From positions 1-62,012 of the forward strand of contig CAZQWH010000005.1 in assembly GCA_964597145.1 (NCBI GenBank): DNA of 62,012 bases, written 5' to 3'. Numbering within the stretch: position 1 is the stretch's first letter; every line of letters begins with the position of its first letter. Positions 44,582 through 56,449 of this stretch are shown one piece after another. The notes below the pieces were generated by a model. That model ran no database searches and was not told where the DNA came from. It saw only the letters and a list, made by a program, of their open reading frames with translations. The position numbers and the translations under genes are program-made. Origin of the DNA: an uncultured Candidatus Saccharibacteria bacterium (GTDB taxonomy: Bacteria; Patescibacteriota; CAZHWT01).

Positions 44582-45092
44582 TTTAATGGCATTAGTCCGC
44601 TCATTGCCCACCGTCAAAGACGCGGTCCAAGCCAAACAAGGCTTGCGCAGTTTGCGCGATGAGCTGCTCTATCGTCATGCCGACCAGCCACTATCCTTAA
44701 CCGATACTGCCAAAATGGAAGAGTTGGAAATTAGTGAATTAGTACAAGCCTGGTTTAATTCGCCAGCCGGAGAGTCGATTGTTGAGGATATTAAATCAGT
44801 GGGAGCCGATGATGTACTGCAAGAATTTGAGGCAGCCCTTAAGCAAGTCGAGTTGGTCCAGCTTAACTTAGCCTACGCCGCCCCTACTCAAGACCTATCT
44901 CGTTATCACCGCTGGTTTAACCAAGTAATTGGTAAGTCGGTGATGCTAGATGTCCAGGTGGATCGGCAGCTCCTAGCCGGTGCCAGTTTTGTTTACCAAA
45001 ATCATTTACACGATTACAGCCTGCAGCAACAAATGCCGGAAATTGAGGCCCTGCTTTTGCAGAAAGCCAAGGCTGTCGGGAGTAGTGGGTAG
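44553..45092 (+). CDS. atpH: F-type ATP synthase subunit delta (OSCP)
   Basis: 179 aa with the C-terminal OSCP-like block VMLDVQVDRQLLAGASFVYQNHLHDYSL. An alternative ATG at 44586 would avoid the overlap with atpF. Confidence 0.6.
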   Translation: MPSTPQIQSDLMALVRSLPTVKDAVQAKQGLRSLRDELLYRHADQPLSLTDTAKMEELEISELVQAWFNSPAGESIVEDIKSVGADDVLQEFEAALKQVELVQLNLAYAAPTQDLSRYHRWFNQVIGKSVMLDVQVDRQLLAGASFVYQNHLHDYSLQQQMPEIEALLLQKAKAVGSSG

Positions 45093-45129
45093 GATGTTGA
45101 CGAGATAATTACAATACTTAAATTATTTC

Positions 45130-45200
45130 GTCATCCTGGAGCCGAAGGCGATAGGATCTCTGAGATTCTATCTCTCCGCTGCGCTTCGCTCCAGAATGAC
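45130..45200. repeat. two hairpin modules facing each other between atpH and atpA
   Basis: GTCATCCTGGAGCCGAAGGCGATAGGATC (+), then GATTCTATCTCTCCGCTGCGCTTCGCTCCAGAATGAC (-). Confidence 0.85.
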
Positions 45201-45218
45201 TGAGTAATCTCAAAATTT

Positions 45219-46862
45219 ATGATTAAAACCTACGACGAATACATTAATGCTAATCACGAAACCGGATCCATTTTATCGGCTCAAGGTTTCTCGGCCATGG
45301 CCAAGGGGTTGCCTCAAGTAGCGGTTAACGAGCTCGTTTTAACCGAGACCGGCGCCTTGGGAATTGTCAACGCGTTGGGGGAGGATACCACCGAGATTCT
45401 CATGATCGACCGCAGCGGAGCGTCTAAAGGCGAGCCGTTGGTGGCAGTTAACGAACTGCTGTCGGTGCCAGTGGGCGATGCCCTATTAGGTCGGACGGTC
45501 AGTCCATTGGGGGTAATACTAGATGGTGGCGAGCCGTTAGGCGAAACCGAAATGCGGCCACTAGAGCAAGATGCCCCACCCATTTACATGCGCGACCGCA
45601 TCAACCAGCAGCTCATTACGGGGGTAATGCTATCCGATTTATTGGTCCCACTTGGTCGGGGTCAGCGCGAAGTGGTTATGGGTGACGCCAAGTCGGGTAA
45701 AACCAGTTTTCTGCTCCAAATTTTAATGCATGTTAAAGATGAAAACATGATAGGTATTTATGTTGGCATAGGTAAAACTCGTGCTGAGCTACGTCGTATT
45801 TCTACCTTACTAACCGAAAATACCGGCTTTCCCATTGTGGTAGTGGCTGCCTCGGCGTCCGATTCCACAACCTTACAGTATCTGGCCCCCTATGCTGGAA
45901 TGACGATGGCGGAGCATTTTAGAGATAAAGGCCAAGAAGTCTTTTTAGTGCTAGATGACTTAGGTAACCATGCTCGAGCTCACCGCGAAATTTCCTTACT
46001 CAACAATCGCCTGCCAGGCCGTGATTCGTATCCAGGAGATATTTTTTACACCCACTCTCGGTTGCTCGAGCGTGCCGGAAAAGTTAAAGGCCAAGATGGC
46101 CAAGGCCACACCATCACCCTTATGCCTATCATCGAAACCATTGGTGGCGATTTAACTGGATACGTCCAAACCAACCTTATTTCAATGTCAGATGGCCACA
46201 CCCTGTTTGATCTAGAGACGTTTTATAAAGGTATTCGACCAGCCATCAATATTGGGCTGTCGGTGTCTCGTGTAGGTAAACAAACCCAAACTAAATTACA
46301 AAAGTACGTGGCCAGCGAGCTACGAACTATGTTAGCCCAATACGATGATGCTAAAAACTTTGTCCGATTTGGCGCAGAGTTAACCGACACAACCAAGGCG
46401 CTGTTTTTAAAAGGTACAATTTTTGAGGAACTAATTAAGCAGGACCTATCCACCTATCTGCGCCGGGAACAACAGTTAACAATTATGCTAGCTCTCCTCG
46501 ATGGTTTTTTTGATCCCTATCCAATTAATCAAATCCTTGAAGTCCGGTACTTTTTACTCGAAACTCTAGCCAACCCTAAGCATGAGCCATTAGTTAAAGC
46601 GCTGGCCGAAAGCGCCGACGAGTCGGTCCGCAAGCCGCTTCAAGAAGCATTATATGCCGAGTTAAAGCAGCGCATTCAAGCCCAGAAGCCCGCCACCGAA
46701 GATCCGCAGACAGTCAAATCACCAGACAGTCAACCACCAAGCGATTCGGCTCAGCCAAATCAGGAAGCGAAAGGCTCGCCTAGCGCAAACTCCGACCAAG
46801 CCAGTGGAATGCAAGATGCGAAGCAAAAGCCCGAGGAGGCGGGGAAGAAGGAGAAAACTTAA
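45219..46862 (+). CDS. atpA: F-type ATP synthase subunit alpha
   Basis: 547 aa. Walker A GDAKSGKTS, LVLDDL, PGRDSYPGDIFYTHSRLLERA. Short low-complexity C-terminal tail. Confidence 0.9.
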   Translation: MIKTYDEYINANHETGSILSAQGFSAMAKGLPQVAVNELVLTETGALGIVNALGEDTTEILMIDRSGASKGEPLVAVNELLSVPVGDALLGRTVSPLGVILDGGEPLGETEMRPLEQDAPPIYMRDRINQQLITGVMLSDLLVPLGRGQREVVMGDAKSGKTSFLLQILMHVKDENMIGIYVGIGKTRAELRRISTLLTENTGFPIVVVAASASDSTTLQYLAPYAGMTMAEHFRDKGQEVFLVLDDLGNHARAHREISLLNNRLPGRDSYPGDIFYTHSRLLERAGKVKGQDGQGHTITLMPIIETIGGDLTGYVQTNLISMSDGHTLFDLETFYKGIRPAINIGLSVSRVGKQTQTKLQKYVASELRTMLAQYDDAKNFVRFGAELTDTTKALFLKGTIFEELIKQDLSTYLRREQQLTIMLALLDGFFDPYPINQILEVRYFLLETLANPKHEPLVKALAESADESVRKPLQEALYAELKQRIQAQKPATEDPQTVKSPDSQPPSDSAQPNQEAKGSPSANSDQASGMQDAKQKPEEAGKKEKT

Positions 46863-46955
46863 AACTCAAAGCGTAAAACCACAGCTAAAAGGTAAAAGTT
46901 TTTAGTTTTGACTTGTGGTTTTGAGTTTTGATCTTTGACTTTTGAGTTTAGTTTT

Positions 46956-47864
46956 ATGAAAAAACTAAAACAAATTGAACAAGAATTAAACGATGTTGGC
47001 ATGCTACGGGATTTAACGTCCACTTTTGAATCAATCGCCGCTCAGAATCTGGCCAATACCCGCAACAAAGTACTCTCGGCCCGGGCTTTTCTAGAAGAAG
47101 CCCAGAAAGTCTATACCGAAGCTCGGGACATCTTTATTGCCGATCATAAACTAGTCGAAAAAAAGTTAGAGTACCACCAGCAATTATCAATTAAGCAAGA
47201 CAATGGTAAACATTTATCCATCGTTATTGCTCCCAATACCAAGCTATATGGAGCCTTGCCCGATCAATTACTAAATGCCGTTACCGAAGAAATTCGTAAA
47301 GAGCCTCGCGACGTCTTGGTGTTGGGCAAAGTAGCCGAAGATCATTTTAGTCGCCTCAAACCACCAATACCCTACACCTCAATCCCGGTAGAAGATGAGG
47401 ATTTTACGATTGAGCAGATAAGTAAAATTGTGCATCATGTCTCAGCCTACCGCAAAGTAACCGCTTATTATAACCACTTTCGCACCATCTTAACCGCCGA
47501 TGTATTGGAAGCACCGTTAAATTTGGTCGCTGCCGAGAGTAATCAAGACCAGCCTCCCTCACCCGAACCCGAGCCAAAAGGTTTAGCTAAATTTATTAAA
47601 AAAGATGATGCCTTGTTTGAACCCAGCTTAGAAGAAGTCCTTAACTTCTTTGAAACGACCATTCTCAAAACCTTACTCCGGCAAAAGGTTCGAGAGTCGC
47701 TCTTATCCCGCTATGCCGCCCGAATGGTGGCAATGGATGTAGCCACCGAAAACGCCAAAACTGCCGCCAAAGGGTTGCACCGAGATATGCGCCGAGCCAA
47801 ACGGCTCAAAGCCAACCAACGAATGCTCGACTCGTACTCGGGAATGAGTCTGTGGAAGGGCTAG
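46956..47864 (+). CDS. atpG: F-type ATP synthase subunit gamma
   Basis: ATG at 46956. C-terminus SRYAARMVAMDVATENAK..RRAKRLKANQ is typical of gamma. Confidence 0.8.
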   Translation: MKKLKQIEQELNDVGMLRDLTSTFESIAAQNLANTRNKVLSARAFLEEAQKVYTEARDIFIADHKLVEKKLEYHQQLSIKQDNGKHLSIVIAPNTKLYGALPDQLLNAVTEEIRKEPRDVLVLGKVAEDHFSRLKPPIPYTSIPVEDEDFTIEQISKIVHHVSAYRKVTAYYNHFRTILTADVLEAPLNLVAAESNQDQPPSPEPEPKGLAKFIKKDDALFEPSLEEVLNFFETTILKTLLRQKVRESLLSRYAARMVAMDVATENAKTAAKGLHRDMRRAKRLKANQRMLDSYSGMSLWKG

Positions 47865-47886
47865 GACGCTGGAAGCGTTTTAGCCC

Positions 47887-50709
<2,823 letters not shown>

Positions 50710-50741
50710 TATTTAGCCATTAGTATTTAGTATCTAGAAAA

Positions 50742-50769
50742 TTACAATTAAAATCCATTACCAGATACC
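50742..50769 (+). repeat. 28-nt motif TTACAATTAAAATCCATTACCAGATACC, copy 2
   Basis: See 43634-43661. It runs directly into the CCAGATA array. Confidence 0.85.
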
Positions 50770-50809
50770 AGATACCAGATACCAGATACCAGATACCAGA
50801 TACCAGATA
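50761..50809. repeat. heptamer tandem array (CCAGATA)x7
   Basis: Seven perfect units ending 10 nt before the atpC start codon. Confidence 0.95.
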
Positions 50810-50819
50810 CCTACCCGCT

Positions 50820-51080
50820 ATGGCTTTTGTTAAACCAACCTTTAACCTATTAATTACTAACCCTGAGCGGATCTTTTTTGAAGGCGAAGCGTATAGCTTG
50901 TCCTCAACCAATAATTCGGGGCCATTCGACATCCTACCCAACCATGCCCATTTTATTTCGTTGCTTAACGACGCCACGGTTGAGATACTAGATAAAGATA
51001 ATAAAAAATCAGCCTACAAAATCTCTCGTGGCCTCATTTCGGCCAAAGCTAATAATGTCCGGGTATTTGTGGACTTGTAG
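50820..51080 (+). CDS. atpC: F-type ATP synthase subunit epsilon, N-terminal beta-sandwich only
   Basis: 86 aa (L.I..PE..FFEG.A..L....SGPF.ILPNHA.FI..L). The usual C-terminal helical hairpin is missing. Confidence 0.65.
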   Translation: MAFVKPTFNLLITNPERIFFEGEAYSLSSTNNSGPFDILPNHAHFISLLNDATVEILDKDNKKSAYKISRGLISAKANNVRVFVDL

Positions 51081-51150
51081 ACAGTAGACAGGCACTCTAT
51101 AGTTGTCGTTATGGCGAGTGGTGGCGAAGCCGTCTTTTATATGGACAATG

Positions 51151-51231
51151 GATTGCCACGTCGTTAATACTCCTCATTCGAGCCTGAGCGATGAGGCTTG
51201 AGTCTTTAGAGTCGAATGGCTTCGCAATGAC
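51151..51231 (-). repeat. 81-nt nested hairpin module (GATTGCC...CGCAATGAC)
   Basis: GATTGCCACGTCGTTAATACTCCTCATTCGAGCCTGAGCGATGAGGCTTGAGTCTTTAGAGTCGAATGGCTTCGCAATGAC. Confidence 0.85.
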
Positions 51232-51370
51232 GACCTAGCATCATTAACAAAACACTTCTTACTCTTGGCGCATTCGCCAGTATTCGTAAATTCGTATAAA
51301 ATCTATTCACGAGACAAATAGGTTGCCTGCTATACTAGAATTCAAACCAGCCATATGCGAAAAACAATAT

Positions 51371-51405
51371 GCCAGATACGAGATACAAAATACGCTATAC
51401 TAAAA
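51371..51405. repeat. degenerate heptamer array upstream of, and in frame with, the CscA-like gene
   Basis: GCCAGAT ACGAGAT ACAAAAT ACGCTAT ACTAAAA. Confidence 0.8.
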
Positions 51406-51414
51406 CGTACGGTC

Positions 51415-52389
51415 ATGAAGCGACTTTTGGTTAAACATAGTTATTGGATAATTTTAGCCTGCTGCTTTTTATTTTTTGTGGTGGGCGGGCATGTTCATGG
51501 TCAATCGACCGGCTCGACCACATTCACCTTAACTCCGGCTTTAAAGGAGCTAAAAGTAAATCCTGGCTATACCGGCCAGTTTACCTTAACGTTGCTTAAT
51601 CACAGCCAAGCGGCAGTACCGTTTAAAGTCTATACCCGCAACTTTTTGGCCGATGGTATAGATGGAAAAATTACTTTTGGTGACGATGATAGCTCCAGTT
51701 ATGCTGCTGGAGACTGGTTAATTCCGGCCACCGATTCTATTCTGTTAAACCCCGGTGGAGAACAACAGGTGTCGGTGGCGGTTTCGGTGCCTGCGAACGC
51801 CGAACCCGGAGGGCATTATGCCAGCGTTTTATTTGAACAAATTTTGCCTCAAGGCGTAGCCAGTAAAAACTCTCAAGTCCAAGTAGCCACCCGCATGACG
51901 GCCTTAATTTATTTTACGGTTAGTGGAGACATTGTAGAAGCTGGTCAAATTTTAGGGGCCAAAAGCGGCCAAGCGTGTAGTGCCGTAGTCTGCGGGCTCG
52001 AAGTTCAGCCGTTTTTCGACCATGGTCCCATTCCATTCCATTTTATCTTTAATAACACCGGCAATATCCATGTCCGCCCCAAAGGCACCATTACTATCTC
52101 GCAGTTTGGCCATGAGGTGGCCAAAATACCCGTCCCAGACCGGGCTGTTTTACCTAACAGTCAACGCAAATTTACTACCACCTGGGACAAAGGGCTAGTC
52201 ATTGGCCCGTACCAGGCCAAACTCCACCTCGTCTACGGTTCTAAAAACTACGAACTAACCGCTGCCACCACGTTCTGGGCCTTTCCTTGGCAAATCGCCC
52301 TAGGAGTGGCCTTACTAGCCCTCCTCATTGCCGCGATCATCCTCTCGCGCAAGTACTTTAGGGTAAAGCGGTTACATCATCGAAAGTGA
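51415..52389 (+). CDS. DUF916/DUF3324-like (WxL-interacting, CscA-like) surface protein with a C-terminal TM anchor
   Basis: Signal peptide from the ATG at 51415. PANAEPGGHYASVLF and VLPNSQRKFTTTW motifs. C-terminal helix plus a basic tail. Paralogue of the ORF at 56583-57530. Confidence 0.55.
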   Translation: MKRLLVKHSYWIILACCFLFFVVGGHVHGQSTGSTTFTLTPALKELKVNPGYTGQFTLTLLNHSQAAVPFKVYTRNFLADGIDGKITFGDDDSSSYAAGDWLIPATDSILLNPGGEQQVSVAVSVPANAEPGGHYASVLFEQILPQGVASKNSQVQVATRMTALIYFTVSGDIVEAGQILGAKSGQACSAVVCGLEVQPFFDHGPIPFHFIFNNTGNIHVRPKGTITISQFGHEVAKIPVPDRAVLPNSQRKFTTTWDKGLVIGPYQAKLHLVYGSKNYELTAATTFWAFPWQIALGVALLALLIAAIILSRKYFRVKRLHHRK

Positions 52390-52397
52390 TGATGTAA

Positions 52398-52914
52398 AGA
52401 ATGCGGAATACGGGATGCAGGATACGGAAATAATTAACTCGTTTTCTGGAAGGCTTTAATCAATCCAAGAATAAGTTTACTAACTCGCGAGCTTTGGTTG
52501 GCTAAGAGCCCGAATTGCTCTGTATTTAAATAACCCAGGTCTCTACATATTAGTAATTGATTTTGCACTTCTTTGATTGAACCGTAAGCAATAAAGAGAA
52601 ATTGCACCTTCTCTTTATTGGATAGCCTAGCGAATCCCTCGGCAATATTACTAGTTATCGAAACAACTGCTCGCTGCAACTGGTCGACAAGATTATACCT
52701 TTCGCTGTTTGGTAACACTTTAAGTTCTTTGTAGACGAGCAATACGAGTTTATGCCCTTCTTGCCAGGCAACCAGGTCAGTAAATGAATTGAGTTTTGTG
52801 CTTTTCTGCTCTGATGACATGGGCCTACTATATACCTTTGGTCAATACCGCATCCTGATTTCTGTATTCCGCATCCCATATCCCATATTCCCGTATTCCC
52901 GCCTCCCGCATTCT
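52398..52914 (-). mobile_element. cassette: four-helix-bundle gene flanked by inverted heptamer arrays
   Basis: Left GAATGCG GAATACG GGATGCA GGATACG (52399-52427). Right CCGCATC CTGATTT CTGTATT CCGCATC CCATATC.. (52848-52914). Perfect 11-nt inverted pair ATGCGGAATAC / GTATTCCGCAT. Confidence 0.5.
52434..52820 (-). CDS. four-helix-bundle protein (23S rRNA IVS / Avd-like family)
   Basis: 128 aa. DLVAWQEGHKL..LPNSERYNLVDQLQRAVVSITSNIAEGFAR..GSIKEVQNQLLICRDLGYL. Confidence 0.8.
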   Translation of the reverse strand: MSSEQKSTKLNSFTDLVAWQEGHKLVLLVYKELKVLPNSERYNLVDQLQRAVVSITSNIAEGFARLSNKEKVQFLFIAYGSIKEVQNQLLICRDLGYLNTEQFGLLANQSSRVSKLILGLIKAFQKTS

Positions 52915-53036
52915 AGCTACATTCAAAAACAACACCGCACCATTAACCCGCTACAACAGCTAATTAACATATTGACAAGCAAGCAAGAACTTGTCATCAT
53001 GGAACAAGCAGGCGTTTTGCCTGGCTGATTTCAGTT

Positions 53037-53273
53037 GTCATGCTGAACTCGTTTCAGCATCTGGCTACTCCAGTTAGATCCTGAAATAAATTCAGGATGA
53101 TAGCAAGATAAAGGAGGTGGTAGCAAACACATAAATACCTAAATATTTATGCTAGTAGGCGCTAGATTGCGCCTGGTGCTTTTACCCGACGGGCTCCGTC
53201 ATTCTAGCGCGGTTGTCATCCTGAATTTATTTCAGGATCTAACCAATAGATGCTGAATCAAGTTCAGCATGAC
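53037..53273. mobile_element. 237-bp MITE-like element with composite terminal inverted repeats of about 60 bp
   Basis: The left arm is GTCATGCTGAAC..TTCAGCATC plus GATCCTGAAATAAATTCAGGATGA. The right arm is GTCATCCTGAATTTATTTCAGGATC plus GATGCTGAATCAAGTTCAGCATGAC. There is no ORF inside. Confidence 0.6.
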
Positions 53274-53499
53274 AGGGTCTTAAGGTAAAAATATGTCTGC
53301 CAAATAGGCAACAGCATAGCAATATACTTAAACTTATTAGCAGGCGTAACCAAGCGCCTATTCAGAGAAAATTCGAAAGTTCAAAAATCGCCAAATGGCG
53401 AAACGGATGCGGGACCTAAGAATAAATCACTAAATTCAATATCCCACATCCCAAATTCAAAATTGTCGGCTTCGTCCGGCAGAAAGATGACAAAGATAT

Positions 53500-54687
53500 A
53501 TGAAATTATCTACTGTCCACAAACAGCGTCTTGCCAAACTAGGTCGCGTGACCTTGGCAGGTGCTATGGTTGTGAGTTCATTGAGCGTATCAGTAGTTGC
53601 TCCCGCTCAGGCTGCACAGTTAGCCCAAAACTCAACTACCATTTCAGATTCTGGTACGTCTGCTGTCACCACCTATGTGATTAGTTTTCAACCACCATCT
53701 TCATCCCTAACCACCCTTATTGACCAGGTGGATGTTAAGTTCTGCGCTGAAGCAGGTAACTGGGCTGATACGTGCAATGCTCCAGCTGGTTTTAACCTGG
53801 ATGCTGGACTAAGTACCGGTAACACCAGTATATCCTCTACTTTTGGTGCTGGCGGCGGTACAGCAGGTACCCTAAATACAGTAACTCGTGACAGTGCTTC
53901 TTCGATGCATATCACCATTACTGCAGGTACCGGTACGGCAGAAACAGCCGTTGCCCATACTATCACCATGACTAATGTGGTAACCAATCCGAGTGGTGCA
54001 GCAACCTACTATACTCGAGTAAAAACCTCAACCGATGTACCAGCTGACATTGACGTTGGTGAATCAGCTTTTGCGATTTTGAGCCCAGTCACTGTTTCTG
54101 GTCGTGTATTGGAAACTCTTACTTTTAACGTTGGACTAGTTGGAAGCGGTTCTGCTTGTGGAACATACGAGAATTCCACTGTTGCAAGTACTACAGCTAC
54201 AGTGCCATTTGGTAACTTTGTTTCAGGTACTCCGCGCGTTGGATGCCAAACAATTGCTACTGGCACCAATGCTGATGGTGGATACGCAACTACTATTAAA
54301 GAAGTAAATGGTGGTGTGGCACCAGTTGGCGGCATGTGTCGACAGACAGCACTAAATTGCAACGCCAGTGGAGGGCAGACCGGTGTAGCTTCAACCGATG
54401 TTATCGGTGATACAGTGCTAAATGCTACTCCTGCTGCCTGGACTAATAACACTACCTTTGGTCTCGGTTTTGGGGTGAGTGGTGCCGATAAGGACTCAGC
54501 TTTCACCGTTGATGACACTTATCGATCCTTGTTTGGGGTAAATCCAATAAACGTTTCAAGCGATCCTAATCCAACTACAACTGGAGATAGTACAGTGTAT
54601 GTAGTCTTTAAGGCTGATGTAACTGCTACCCAAACCGCTGGTAACTACCAAAATGCGATTGAGTACATTACGACTCCACTATTCTAA
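53500..54687 (+). CDS. secreted WxL-like (Y-variant) surface protein
   Basis: 395 aa. Signal peptide ..VVAPAQA. TLTFNV..VPFGNF..GTNADGGYATTIKE. C-terminus ATQTAGNYQNAIEYITTPLF. Strong terminator at 54711-54740. Confidence 0.5.
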   Translation: MKLSTVHKQRLAKLGRVTLAGAMVVSSLSVSVVAPAQAAQLAQNSTTISDSGTSAVTTYVISFQPPSSSLTTLIDQVDVKFCAEAGNWADTCNAPAGFNLDAGLSTGNTSISSTFGAGGGTAGTLNTVTRDSASSMHITITAGTGTAETAVAHTITMTNVVTNPSGAATYYTRVKTSTDVPADIDVGESAFAILSPVTVSGRVLETLTFNVGLVGSGSACGTYENSTVASTTATVPFGNFVSGTPRVGCQTIATGTNADGGYATTIKEVNGGVAPVGGMCRQTALNCNASGGQTGVASTDVIGDTVLNATPAAWTNNTTFGLGFGVSGADKDSAFTVDDTYRSLFGVNPINVSSDPNPTTTGDSTVYVVFKADVTATQTAGNYQNAIEYITTPLF

Positions 54688-54710
54688 TTCACTTAGATAT
54701 TAGGAACCAC

Positions 54711-54740
54711 AAAAACTCCCGCTTTAGGCGGGAGTTTTTG
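54711..54740 (+). terminator. rho-independent terminator
   Basis: AAAAACTCCCGC-tttag-GCGGGAGTTTTT. Confidence 0.8.
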
Positions 54741-54999
54741 GTTGGGTAATACATGTACATTTTTATTTGGCGATGTTTTCATGTCCTGATTAGCCTAAAA
54801 AAGCCTGCATGTCGGTAGACAGGTTTGGAACGACAGTGAGATGGTGTCATGCTGAGTTTGTTTCAATGTCTAGACTGTGTCTTTATCCGGTATTTAGATC
54901 CTTCACTTCGTTCAGGATGGCAAGGGGAGTGGGCCAATAGCAGAACTAAATCAAAAGATAGCCAAAAACTCTCACTTCGGTAGGAATTTTTTGTTTGGA

Positions 55000-55035
55000 C
55001 TAATAAAAGTTATATTTAAATATAACTTTTATTAG
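55000..55035. repeat. perfect 36-nt AT-rich palindrome
   Basis: CTAATAAAAGTTATATTT/AAATATAACTTTTATTAG with no loop, followed by TTTTT. Confidence 0.9.
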
Positions 55036-55306
55036 TTTTTGTAAGTATATATTTTACAACCTAATTACCGTCTAGCATGCCATTCTTGCGTAAGTTTTTG
55101 ATTCTACCCACTCAATTACAGTCAGGGCATCCTGAGTTGTATCGAGGGATGAGGACAAAGTCTGTCTTCGAGAGCCTAACGACTCTTCAGAGTCTTGAAC
55201 GGCAGACTCAGACTATCAGGGTATTTCGTCATTGCGAGCACTGAATCAAGTTCAGCACAGGCTCCGCGCGGCAATCTAGGCTGGATAGTTGTAGTATGCT
55301 TAGAAT

Positions 55307-55441
55307 ATGACTAAGCAGCCCCGTGTTTACGTCTTAACTAATGCCACTCGATGTGTGCTTTATGTTGGTGTTACTTCAAACTTAGCCAAGCGCATATTTG
55401 AGTATAAGAGCAGTGCTGCCCCCGGATTTACTCAAAAATAG
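55307..55441 (+). pseudogene. GIY-YIG nuclease gene remnant (premature TAG, 3' part lost)
   Basis: Encodes MTKQPRVYVLTNATRCVLYVGVTSNLAKRIFEYKSSAAPGFTQK, then TAG where the paralogue at 59676-59921 has Y (GFTQKYHVH). Downstream sequence has diverged. Confidence 0.55.
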
Positions 55442-55480
55442 CACATTGAATTCCATTGTTCTGCATGGTAAAGTCGGGCT

Positions 55481-55678
55481 ATGTTAAACGATAAAGAACT
55501 GCAACAATATAATGAAGTCGTACAAAAATCTATTCGACAAGAGCTAGAACCTATCAAGGAAGATATTAAAAAGATTCGCCAAAACCAGCAAACAATTTCT
55601 AACTTTTTCGATAGTGAATATCTCGAGCTTCGTCATCGTGTGGAAAAGCTGGAGCAAATTGTAGCCTCAATAACCTAA
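55481..55678 (+). CDS. hypothetical small coiled-coil protein
   Basis: 65-aa charged helical ORF lying inside the element that also holds the GIY-YIG remnant. Confidence 0.3.
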   Translation: MLNDKELQQYNEVVQKSIRQELEPIKEDIKKIRQNQQTISNFFDSEYLELRHRVEKLEQIVASIT

Positions 55679-55790
55679 ACTTCTCAAATTAAACAGAACT
55701 AAAAGTTTTTGATTCCTGCTTGCGCAGACATGGTAATGAAATAAAAAGATTGCCACGTCGTCACCACTCCTCGCAATGACAGCGAGTTGA

Positions 55791-55814
55791 TGTTACGTAG
55801 CATGTTACGTAACA
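55791..55814. repeat. TGTTACGTAGCA-TGTTACGTAACA tandem palindromes
   Basis: One mismatch relative to 16395-16418. Confidence 0.9.
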
Positions 55815-55817
55815 AAA

Positions 55818-55910
55818 GATTCTATCTCTCCACTTCGTTTCGTTCCAGAATGACTTACATTATTAGAGATTGCTGTACTACCTTCGTCAAAGGCCGACAG
55901 GCGCAATGAC
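55818..55910 (-). repeat. two reverse-orientation hairpin modules
   Basis: GATTCTATCTCTCCACTTCGTTTCGTTCCAGAATGAC (55818-55854) and GATTGCTGTACTACC..GGCGCAATGAC (55868-55910). Confidence 0.8.
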
Positions 55911-55934
55911 GGATTAGTATAAGCCAGAAGATGG

Positions 55935-56424
55935 GGTATGGAATTTAGGATGTAGGATACAGGAGATAGTATTTAGTAGCTAGGATTTGGTTTTGAATGA
56001 TTTGATTAATCCGTGCAATAGTTTGCCCACAACAATCATCTGTTTTTCTAAAGTAAGGTATTGTTCGCTAGAGATGTATCCAAGGTCTTTTGCTATTGTT
56101 AACTGGTTTTCAACCTCTTTAACTGATCCTAATGAAATGTAGAAGAATTGAATTTTTCTTTGAATGATTGTCGAGTAAATCCCTCGGCAATATTACTCGT
56201 AATAGAAACGGCGGCTCGCTGCAATTGATCAACCAAGTTGTATTTTTCTGAGTTTGGTAATTTAGATGTCTCATTATAAATTTGCAGCACTAATTTATGA
56301 CCTTCCTGCCACGCAATGAGATCTTTAAATGAATGTAGTAATCCCTTATCTGTGGTTAACTGCATGCAGATATTTACACCGACTAGTCAAGCACACTACA
56401 TCCTACATCCTAAATTCCATATCC
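55935..56424 (-). mobile_element. cassette: frameshifted four-helix-bundle gene flanked by a perfect 22-bp inverted repeat built from heptamers
   Basis: TATGGAATTTAGGATGTAGGAT (55937-55958) and its exact reverse complement ATCCTACATCCTAAATTCCATA (56400-56421). Confidence 0.6.
55980..56365 (-). pseudogene. four-helix-bundle (IVS/Avd-like) gene with a frameshift in an A-run
   Basis: The N-terminal 70 aa align with the ORF at 52434-52820 (DLIAWQEGHKL..NLVDQLQRAAVSITSNIAEGF). After KEK the homologous continuation IQFFYISLGSVKEVENQLTIAKDLGYIS..LIKSFKTKS is in another frame, with its stop at 55980. Confidence 0.65.
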
Positions 56425-56449
56425 TAAAACCAGCTCAGCTGGTTTTATA

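Larger units (their letters stand above)
55228..55780. mobile_element. element bounded by inverted GTCATTGCGAG..GCAATC modules, holding the GIY-YIG remnant and a 65-aa ORF
   Basis: The left module at 55228-55276 (+) carries a CTGAATCAAGTTCAG insert. The right module at 55748-55780 (-) reads GATTGCCACGTCGTCACCACTCCTCGCAATGAC. Confidence 0.45.
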
